A DNA stretch of 62,412 nt, the filler included, from Choristocarpus tenellus KU-1152 (Eukaryota; Protista; Phaeophyceae): assembly GCA_964200185.2 (NCBI GenBank). It is 12 parts of 12 records of this genome, joined end to end, with 100 filler letters (N's around TTAATTAATTAA, not from the genome) between each part and the next. Parts side by side here need not be neighbours in the genome. Positions count along the whole stretch, not along the records: positions 51,193 to 54,508 come from CAXNAD020020852.1; positions 54,609 to 59,590 come from CAXNAD020012280.1; positions 59,691 to 62,412 come from CAXNAD020025306.1; 9 more parts are not named here. One strand, written 5' to 3'. Numbering within the stretch: position 1 is the first letter of the stretch; each line of letters opens with the position of its first letter. The notes beneath the pieces were generated by a model, which ran no database searches, was not told where the DNA came from, and saw nothing but the letters and a program-made list of their open reading frames with translations. The position numbers and the translations under genes were made by a program. Below are positions 52,420 to 62,412 of the stretch, piece by piece.

Positions 52420-53949
52420 CTAACCCCCACAGTTTTTCCCCCAAGTGTTCCAGACAGGTCTACCACATGATCTATGACACGGCTATATACTCGCTCTAAT
52501 ACATCACCAGTAATTGGAAGCGCTGGCAAGCAATCATTAACAACTACCACGGAGTTTTGATCCTTTCCCCTGTCTTTCCCTGTTCCTTTCTCACTAGCAG
52601 CTGCAGCAGCAGCAGTGCAATCCTGCATGAGACCCAACACATCTTGCCAACCTCTTCCAATTGCATCAATGGGACCACACAAGTGGTTAGCAGCAGTGGC
52701 ACTGCCGCTCTGCTTGGGCAGGCAACCCCGAAGTATGACATGCAGTACAGCATCAACCAAGCCTTCGCACTCCCTGCCCAGGCAACTCTCAAGCAAGGGG
52801 CTCATCTCACCAGCATCCTCGCTGGGAGAGGGAGTTCCACAATCAAGAGAAGAGTCAGCTATCGGCTCTAACCCAGACACCTCAAGAAGACCGTCCCCCA
52901 CGGCTGTGGTTTCCTTCCTCTTCCCTTTCCGAGTTTCACAAGCTTTTTTTTGCGACCTTCTAATCTCATCCACGACTATTTCCTTGCCAACCTTTTCCTG
53001 TTCACGATGGGTTGTTGTAAAGCTCAAGCGGCGACGGGATCGAGCCCAAACCCGCCGTACTGTGTCCTTGACTGGCTCGGGCACCATCCAGGAGTCGTAA
53101 AGCCCACCCTTGACCTCAACGGGAGTTCTGCTCCCATCACTTCCCTTCGGATCACCATTGGCACCTTTCTCGATAGCCAAAGCAGAAGAGAACGGGCTGG
53201 CAGCATCCTGAGGTACCCACCCACTTGCTGTAGGCAAAAGCACCCTAACAGGGTCATGATCAATTCTATCGAAGTGCAACGGTCCACGAAGGCAGTTGTC
53301 GTGTAGTATGCCCTCATCACACGTACCCTTTCCTGCTGGAGACTGTCGGTAAAACCTAAGACCATCGTCGTGAAGTCTCAAAGGGATAGGCCACGCCCCC
53401 CAAGGAAGCACTCGTTGAATAGGATGAGGGCGAGGGGGAGTAAAACGGACTGTTTTACTCGTGCTCGCGTCATAGTTTTTATCATCGCTTATTCTATCTT
53501 GTGGTATATATTGGGACGTCGAGTTAAAAACGAGATCGTGCCAGGTTGGTGGTAGGTCATCCAATTTGCGCTTGCGCGAAGGGAGCTTCTTCCTCTCATT
53601 GAACGTTTCCAAGTATACCCAGTTCAGAGTCCCCGGGGTGTCCAAAGTAGAACATTTGTACTGTCGTCCACGCCTTAAAGGGCGAAGAGTTGGAGGATAA
53701 TCAGGATCAGCATCTTTGGCCTTCCCAAACTTCGCTTCCTCCAAAGGCGCGCCTTTACCCACCTGGACCGGAACTTGCCGGCCATTCCCCCGTGTTTCGT
53801 CTTTCTTAACACGCACAACTATTTCTTGAACATATCTCGGAGTTCCGAGTTTCCCTATCCCCCCTACCATACTGGAAATTTTCTTCACTCCCTCCTCTGT
53901 GTTAACTGGGAAGATGTTGGGTGGATAACACCACAGGTCGAATCAAGCC
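52420..53949 (-). CDS. Large exon (~500 codons) of an uncharacterised protein; a further probable exon at ~52067-51927
   Basis: 494-aa stop-free frame (52404-53888) that extends up to a CTACAG acceptor near 53950. Donor-like GT near 52420-52430. No recognised domain. Confidence 0.65.
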
Positions 53950-54189
53950 TGTAGCGCTACAGAACGGTATTTTCTTGCTACGAAGACTTTACTCAACAGT
54001 TTTCATTTTTCATTATGTTTTTGAACACGGTTGGATGCTCAACTCAAAATCCAAAATGGGTGGGATTATTGATTGACTACCCTTATTGTTGAAATTTATG
54101 ATTTGTATCATATCTGAATGGAATCGACAATTCTTCGACTTGAAATACTAAAAAAGTTTGGTCAGGAGGTTGGCGTGCTTATCTGACAG

Positions 54190-54335
54190 TGGTTCTGTAA
54201 GATTGTGTTGAATACCTGGAACGAGGAAGTTATGCCACAGGTCTGGAAAGATGCTGTCATCACTAAAAAGGACCTTATTGATCGTAGCAACTACGACCGC
54301 ATCTCATTGATTGGTCGCACATACTACAAAAGTGT
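54190..54335 (+). pseudogene. LINE reverse transcriptase N-terminal remnant
   Basis: WNEEVMPQVWKDAVI..KKDLIDRSNYDRISLI resembles P..WK.A.I....KK......NYRGISL. Confidence 0.7.
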
Positions 54336-57300
54336 TTCATGTGGTATGTCTTGATGAAGGTTTCATAGTCGTCACTATGACCTTGAAGTCCTAGATTTTA
54401 TTTATATACTTTGCTTTGCTCACGAATTCTGGATTATTATTATTATTATTATTTTATTCTATGTTTGCATTCCACCCATTCCCCTCCTCCCATTGTACCA
54501 CCACTTGTNNNNNNNNNNNNNNNNNNNNNNNNNNNNNNNNNNNNNNNNNNNNTTAATTAATTAANNNNNNNNNNNNNNNNNNNNNNNNNNNNNNNNNNNN
54601 NNNNNNNNCTGTTCTTTGTCCTTCATTAAAGCACCATAAAAGTCGCGGGTCCAGTGTGGGATAGTTCAACATCTTCATCCTTGCATGTGTTGTTGATGTA
54701 GGGTCATTGAACTCACTCATCTTCTGCAGTTAGTTGTAGAAAGCACACAAGTGGATTGCAGTAGGCGGAAACGACACTCTAAAAACTCTGATGATACGTA
54801 CTAGACAAGGGCATACTAAATCTCAGTACAAACTACAAAAGGGCAAGTCGCAAATGTAAGGAAAATATTTTGCCATTGCTAGTCAGTTGTAACATCAAGA
54901 CTACAGAGGAGAGAAACATCTTCTTTCGTCCACCCCTAAACATCAGACCCTCAGGATTTGGGCTGTCTGTATCCTCTCTCGCATCACTCATTATCACACT
55001 CTCAAGAGCATACGAAGGCAGGTAGGTGGTGATGAGCGGGTAGTGCCCTAGGAACCTGCAGGGAATGGTATCAAAGAGGACAGTAACAAAATCGCAGCAT
55101 CAATTTGCAAAAGAGTTCTTGGATGTTCTCGACACATTATATTGGCGCCTCACAATAAAAGCGAGTGAGAGACAGTCAGAAACGCTTGCATCTGAGCGAG
55201 GCAGTGTCGAAGTTGTCTGTTGTACGCCTGTAGTGAAGTCAACCATCAATGGATAATGGACGGAACTTTATGCTCTTCTAAACAGGACTTCATCTAGTAA
55301 TCATCAATAGAGTGGTTGGGCAGTATGAAGTTGAGATTTAAGGGTATGCCCACGTTGCTTGTTTCCCATAATTCGCAACCAACACTTGTATTATATATAG
55401 TTATACCCTCTTATATTTTGCAGATGTGTTAGGGGAAAAGCCAAACAAGCATCCCAAGGACCCCTGTAAAAGTAACAATTGTGGTAAATGTGCAAGATAT
55501 CTCTCTAAAAATATTATAACATTTAGTATAGTAAAGATTTATTGTACCAAGAATTTCAACACTACTGGCAAATATAATACTTGGAAGATAGTTTAATAAC
55601 AAATTCATGATGATGTGCATACGCAATATCCCCCTTATCTTCTTCACCGCCAAGATAGTACTTTCCTTGTTACTCCTTATTTCCTCATTTTCGGTGCCCA
55701 GTCCGATATTAATTCCACTCAGTAGGAGGAATTGCCAAACCTAACTTAGGGAATCACTTCCTTCCTCATGAAGTTTCGATGATTTGTATAGCCAGAACCT
55801 CTTTGAGTTACTACTACTGCTAAAAATAAATCAAGGAGAGAGAAAACTGGGAATAACTGCACTAAAATTAATACTAAAAATTGCGACCCAGCTATGATCT
55901 GAAGAAAAAGGGTGAAGGAATAACAAGCAAGAAGAAAACGTCATCATCAGCCAGGAAAAAGAAAAAATACCTCCCACAAATCTGCGTTGTGATTTAGTAG
56001 GAAAGAACAATCTTGTACAGGTTAATGTAGTAATTCAATTGAGGGGAAATGTGCAAGTGTTTAGGTTACTGTTTTTACCATAATTTCGTACAAGTCCATA
56101 CTTCGTCCCTTTGCTGTTTTGTTGTGAGTAACTATTATCACTATTCATTATGTGTTACACCCCTTGAAGGCAGGTTTGGACCCTTGCATTCCAAATTATC
56201 TTTCTTAAGGTTAGTAATACACTATTTCATTGCTTTAATGCGCACAATAGTGAACGCAAAATTGAAATTCCCCTTTCCACACACGAAGTGACACCAAAAT
56301 TCCGCAAGGAAATTATGTTCTCCAATGTTATTGATGCTATAGCAGTAGAAATTTGAACCCCGCCTCCAAGGAAACTCTACAAGTCACAAATTCAACTTGA
56401 CCTTAGTCAGACAAAAGTGTCAGTCACACCCTGCTTTGATGAAAATGCCGGTCTACATTTTCTGATAGATATTTTAAAGCTATTTCTTTGTAATGTAGTA
56501 CCACCACTAATGTAGTGCGCTACATGCATCATCAAAAATGCCTACTATTAATTGCTTCACCAGCCCTATCCTATGCAGAAATACCCTTGCCTCTACACCG
56601 AATCAGATCAGCCACAAAAATTGTCAGACAGATGCGTCACACCCCTATCATACCCTCGTGCTGCTGAGATATCACCCGTACACACTCTCTCACACACATT
56701 AAGAAAACATAATACACACATGCAGACAACAATCACGATTTCACAGATCGCTCTCATCACCATCACTGTTACACTTACCAAACTTCTTCAACTAAAACGT
56801 TAGAATGTAAGGAGGAAACTGATATGTATAAGTGCAGCTTCCTGACAACAACTGGGCAAGAAAGATGGAAAGCAATATAATCATGTACGCCCCAAGATGC
56901 TTTGGCCAGCCAGAGTGGATGCACATGTTGACCACATCCCAGTAATACGTTCAGCTCCAGTATCTGACAAGATTTCATGAAGTAGATGATAATGTCTAAA
57001 ATCTATAATCTGTTCCTAATATTCTGCGTTGTAGTCCATTACTATCCTGACTGTGAATCACCGCACAAACTCAAAATGTACGTACATGCAGTGCAATGTA
57101 CGTGGTCGTCCGAATGCACACATGAACACACATTTTTTGTGGATACTATAGACAGCACACAGTGCAATCATTCTCTCCTTGATGGGAAAGATAAACTATT
57201 TGGGTATTACTTCAAAGAATTGTGGAAGTCCTTCACAGTATCAACTCAAAACTCAAAACAAATTTATCCCAGGACTCCTCGTATGATCTACTTTAGGCAC

Positions 57301-57942
57301 AAAGGTCGACCCCATGCGCATGAAACCCATATCCCCCAACCCATACCCATCGGGGCACATTAATCTACATTATGAAGCCAGTATGTTAACACTGAGAATG
57401 CAAGAAGCTAGGGATGCATTCTACCACAACCAAACACCTGATCCCTCTTCTCCTGCTTTATGCACCCCCTCTATGAGCAAGGTTACATGCCCCTGCAGGC
57501 TTTTACAAATAAAACTATTTATTTCACCCTCTAAGTTCTACTCTCTCAATTTCATGGACTGCATTGCATCCCTGTTTTCTGAGCCTTCATTACATAAGAA
57601 AATGTGTAAGCAGGGCCAGATAGATCACTTGATCATCGTAACGAGCAGAGGTTCATCTACATGTTCCTGCTCACTATTTCCAGCCAATTGATGTTTTGAT
57701 TATCAGGACATTTCTAAATCTAGAGGTCGAGATTTAGATCTCGTAAGGAGGTCAAGCTCCTGCCCTCACATGCCTTGGTCTCACTACTAAAGAGATAGTT
57801 TTTGACAAAAACAAGAATTGCAAAAAGTTGAGATATCCAGGAAGGAGGAGGGCAGGCAATGGGCAGACGACTCTGCAGGAAGTCTGCAAGCTACCTGCTT
57901 GTACTATCGACACTCTTCTAGCAACTGCTTCAAAAAGCTCTA

Positions 57943-58031
57943 TTATTTCAAGGCCTTGGCCAGTATGTCCAGTGAAGCATCCACCTGTTCCTCAGTGATG
58001 CAGAGTGGGGGTGCCAGGCGGATGATGTTAC
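57943..58031 (-). CDS. Last exon of a class-III PLP aminotransferase (ornithine aminotransferase-like)
   Basis: CTACAG| GNIIRLAPPLCITEEQVDASLDILAKALK*. IRLAPPL is the class-III aminotransferase C-terminal signature. Confidence 0.8.
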
Positions 58032-59690
58032 CTGTAGGTACAGTAGTTTGGTAAGTGGAGCAATGTCATCATTCATGGTTCTCAATTGTGTGTAAGCATG
58101 TTACAAGGGGGGGTGATTGACCTATTCGGAGTAAGAATCTCCATACAAAGTACCTCACAACACACAATCACCGTGGTTGGGAGGGCAAGATAGTAAGGAA
58201 AAGCCATTCCAGGGTTGATGAGTTGTCTGCTCAGTGTTGACTAGTGCCAAAGAGCGAAATTTGGAAGCCATACAGTCCCAACTCTACGCAACAAGCCACA
58301 CAATATTTTTTGGATACTAATAATGAAGAGTTCTTGTCTGAGAACAGCAGTTTCCTCGTGCCAATTGTGACATGGTTGCTAATGCCCCATCTTGCAGAAG
58401 TAAATTTTGTAAGAACATCTGGTGTCCTGACCAAGTGTGCCTGTGGTCTATCGCAAAATAGGCAGGTTGGGTTGCTTGTTGCTCAACCTTCTGTTCACCA
58501 CGATAGACGCCATAGTCACCATACCAAGCAGTCTCACTTGCACAAGGAAGAATGAGTTTATTGCTAATACTTAATACTTAGAATGGGCTACCATGGTTCT
58601 CGATGGCCCAAACTCCCCCAAGAGATTGTATGGGCTTGAACAATGCTCACTGTCTCAAGGAATCAAAGTGCCACCTTCAACGCACAAGATGGAGCCAAAC
58701 CCATTGTAAAATAGTTCACCTCAGACGTGACCCCCTAACAAGCACACAGACTCAGCAGGCCCCTCCACTCCTACACATTGTTCTCTCCACCTCCCAAGCA
58801 CTAAAAATGACTCTGTTAGCATCATCAACACTTGATAACCTCCAAACATATTCCATGTATTTCCAAACACTCACCAGAAGCAACTCATGAATACATGAAC
58901 ATCAGCATAGACCGAAATTAGCAGGGCACAATATTCACCATATCAAACATTGCTCATTATTCAGCAACACAAACAAAAAATTTCTTCAGGCACCAAGATG
59001 ACCCCCCTTGATACACTTACACCATTCGGCAACCCTGTGCCAGAGTTGGTTTTCAAGCCACGTCTCACCCAATACAGTGCAATACTATAGGGGGGAAAGT
59101 GCAAAGTAAAGTTTACTCTCAACTTGCCAAACCAGCCCAAATCCTAAGCTAATTCGTCCACTCTACCAAAATATTGTAACAGGCACCAATCTGAGCACCA
59201 ATCATGGCCATCGATCATACCATGGATTGAGCTTTTGACATGAAAAGGATGACATAATTTATTTTTTCCATCTCAGCTACAACTTACTCCTCTGTTAATG
59301 CACCACAGGTCAGGTAGGGTGCAATACAAAATTTCAAAAGAGACACTTTTTTTTTCTTCAACAAACCCCTCTACGAATAGCTCGCGTGCCAAACCACTCC
59401 ACAGCTTGTAATCTCTCGGCACAAATATTACAATGGGGTGGTATGGTGCTTAGTACATATCCACCTACAATAGTTTCTATTCAACCACAGGGGGGGGGGG
59501 GGGGGGGGGGGGAAAGGGGAAGAATTTTTCCTCCCCTCAAAAAATAAAAAAAATGGAATAAAAAAAATAAAAGGAGGGAGGGAAAAAATANNNNNNNNNN
59601 NNNNNNNNNNNNNNNNNNNNNNNNNNNNNNNNNNTTAATTAATTAANNNNNNNNNNNNNNNNNNNNNNNNNNNNNNNNNNNNNNNNNNNN

Positions 59691-60554
59691 GATTCAACAT
59701 CACGACCAAAAACTTGAAGATCACAGTCGCACCGCTTAAAAAACGCACGATACAAAAGTACTGCAGACGCACCTCGGAAAACTTGGGCCCTTTGAGAGAC
59801 TTTGATTTCCCTGCCTCCGGTCTCGAATGGAGTTGCTCCATGATTTTCTTTTCTTCAGCCCAGATTTTCCTCACGATCCTTTCGGCGATGTTGAATTTTT
59901 CTGCGACGAAAGTGACTTTGAGCTTCTTGTTCTTGAGGTGGTCAAGCACTTCTGACTTTGTTTTCAACGTCAAGTTGGACCGCTTTGTTCCATGACCCCT
60001 CCTGGAAGGGGCAATAGATTTCTGCCCACGACTGCCAGCTGCAGCACCAGATGAGTTACCGTTCAGCGAGCCGAGCGATGAACAATGCGTCCTTGCCATC
60101 AGCGCCTGCGACTTGCTGCAGTGCCAAGCACTACCCCTCACACAACGTTTGCAGTCACCGTCGAGTTCGGGATCCTTTACACCACATATACCATCGAGGT
60201 ACCCACCGCACTTACGGCACTTGCGGATTGTGTAGAAAGGTGGAATCGGTGTATTTGAAGGCATTTTGCAGAGGTTTCCCGCGGCACAAGGCATGGCTTC
60301 CACTTTATTCCCTTATCAGCAACGTACTGTTTTGCTGTATGGTAGCATGACGCTGCAAGAAGGGCACTTTTCGCGAGAATTTTGTTCGCGCGCCAAACTC
60401 GCGTGAATATCTCTGGTATTTTGTACCAAATCGCCCGAATACGAGACTTCCGGTACAAAAGCCTATTTTTTTTAGCATGTCGAAAAAAGCGGTACACAAT
60501 GCATATTTTTCGATTTGGTTCATAATATTTGGCCCAAAATAGGGGCACCTACCG
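59691..60554 (-). mobile_element. 5' part of a pogo-like DNA transposon; putative terminus TA|CGGTAGGTGCCCC at 60554
   Basis: A TA dinucleotide (60555-60556) abuts the start of a CpG-rich block upstream of the transposase. The other end is lost in the gap. Confidence 0.6.
59773..60303 (-). CDS. pogo/Tigger-like transposase exon 1: Cys-rich N-terminus plus CENP-B-type N-terminal HTH
   Basis: KRSNLTLKTKSEVLDHLK...VAEKFNIAERIVRKIWAEEKKI...KSLKGPKFSE. Donor GAG|GTGCGT at 59773. Confidence 0.8.
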
Positions 60555-61525
60555 TAATATCTATATAATATCAACAGAAAGGTCTCTGCTTAAGAGAGTA
60601 TATTCAGGATACTTTGCAATATTAATATTTTTTCTTTAACATTAAGTTCATTGCGAAACAGTTCTCTGAGGTACGAATAGTGTCACTTTGGAAGGCCTAT
60701 TACTAGGCCAACATTGGAAAGGAGATTGTTTCCTCACGTGTTTTGCCCTTCATCCGGGTTCTTTTCTGAAGTTGCTTGTTATTATATTGGGGGCTCTGCG
60801 GTGATATTCATTCTACAACTGAATTGTTTTATTTTTGGACAAGGAGCGGTGTTTTCGTTTCCTTCACAATTCATAGTGCAATAATTGCCTGATACCGCGA
60901 AGGAGGTCCCGTAATACGAGCTGTTCGTGATCAGCAGTTTAAGGAAACTTTCCGATCGATCCATCGTCATTTCGTGAGGTTATACTAAGGGAGGTGTTTC
61001 TACTTGAAGGTTAAAAAATGGGTTCGAATTGTTGCTGAGACCACACGCCATCAAAATGGACGTTGGTGAAACAAGTCCATTGATTCATTCCATCCAAGGC
61101 AATATTCCATGATTGGTTCAGGAGCAAAACTTGGTCAGGACATCACCGTCTGCTCTCATTCTTGAGTGCTGAGTCTGCAATATTCTACGATGATCCAAGG
61201 ACAAACCCCCTTTAGAAGCGCTAGCACATTCATGAGTTGATGGATATTTTGGGGCATTGTCTGGAACCTCCCCACGAGTTGGAAGAGCCCACACCCAAAG
61301 CACTTTCCACTACAAATATTGACAGTTAATATTTTCAAAATGGAGCCAGCTGCACATATTTCTTCTGCTCCTTACTTACCCAAAGTAGAAGAAGAGAGGT
61401 CCCAGATTCTGATCGTTTTATATTTTTTGTCTGTTTTTCATACTTCATATTTCACTCACACTTCTAGAGGTGAATTTCTTAGTCGTTTGATTTTTTTGGA
61501 AAAGCCGGGTTTTTTGCACATATTT

Positions 61526-61704
61526 AACCCAAAGTATCTAGGGGAGGGGGAGGGTTTACAGCAGGGTGTCCATTTGGGTCATTATCAGGAAAATTGCACT
61601 TTCATTATCCATCCGACGTGTGGAACCAAATCACCCAAAAATCGCGACATGGAAAAATGGGCCCCAAATGGACGGCCGTCACCCCACCCCACATACTCTG
61701 AGTC
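61526..61704. mobile_element. MITE family B copy
   Basis: aacccaaagtatct ... acatactctgagtc, TSD TTT/TTT. Confidence 0.85.
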
Positions 61705-62215
61705 TTTGTCAGCACCCTTACAAAGTAATTCTTGGTACCTTTTACTTCGACTCTCCTACGGGCATACAATACACCAAGCAATATGCAATACTCTGTCAGA
61801 TGTAGACAAAACTTGTAGTAGTGACGCATCACCTACATTTAATTAGTAACTGATACAAATTTTTCTTTACATTATTTTCGATTTAGTGTGCTACAAAGAA
61901 ATGTATTCCAACGCCGATGCCTTAGTTCAAGGGGAATTACCCTGCATACACACATATTGAGTATTGTCGAATATGTGACAAACCTGAAGGAATACAGTTT
62001 GTGCTACATCATAGAGGTGACGGAAAAGTCACCAATTTTTCACACCCTACATCACCCTCATATTATTAGAGGCGTGATTGCTACTACACACCACTAAACC
62101 AAGCTTAACACTTTCCCGTATCTAATCTAAAAAGTGCATGTTCTTTGAATGATAATAAATCATCATCCCCACTATTAACCACAATTTGTGCACCAGTTGC
62201 TTATCTACATTGCAT

Positions 62216-62371
62216 GTCTCAAAGTATCTGAGGGGGTTAGCGGCTGTTGGGCCCATTCTTGAATGATTTGGTTGCTAGTGCCAGATGGATAATGTGAGTG
62301 AACCTTTCCTTGTCAGGGCCCAAATGGACGACCTAGTGTAACCCCCCCCCCCTCTCCAGATACTTCCAGAC
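62216..62371. mobile_element. MITE family B copy (opposite orientation, internally deleted)
   Basis: gtctcaaagtatct ... agatacttccagac, flanks CAT/CCT. Confidence 0.75.
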
Positions 62372-62412
62372 CCTATTCCCATCCGTCCAGAAATATATAA
62401 GTCAATACAAAA

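Noticed and set aside
54609-55810. Possible - strand exons (RFLGHYPLITTYLP...; KMSEFNDPT...)
   Set aside because: AG-preceded open stretches exist, but donors and phases could not be tied together and no motif is recognisable.
60700-61340. Autonomous transposase for the MITEs
   Set aside because: All frames are interrupted, and no DDE or Myb-like motif or TIR is visible.

Overview
Eukaryotic, intron-rich, repeat-rich draft sequence. It is most consistent with a photosynthetic stramenopile (brown-algal-like); this is an inference from GT-AG introns, TTAGGG repeats, an 'AF'-type bipartite plastid presequence and the LINE and pogo types present. The window is about 12 short contigs joined by N-runs that carry an artificial TTAATTAATTAA linker, so adjacency across gaps is unproven. 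Host gene fragments reconstructed by hand: PKA catalytic subunit (exon 1), a probably plastid-targeted dPGM, a complete 3-exon twin-Cx9C protein head-to-head with a Tim44/MAIP1-like gene, an ABCB transporter NBD, a multi-cold-shock-domain gene, the 3' end of a long armadillo-repeat protein, an OAT-like last exon, and orphan exons. Mobile DNA: a decayed Gypsy element with nested LTRs, a decayed Copia, RTE-like and RLE-type LINE remnants, a tRNA-headed SINE candidate, a Zn-finger pogo transposase, and two sister MITE families (12 copies; 14-bp TIR, 3-bp TSD). The best novelty candidate is the CpG-rich contig at 46151-51092. It holds a decayed, spliced minus-strand unit combining a PHD-like finger with what looks like a catalytically dead, bacterial-type beta-class amino-methyltransferase fold.
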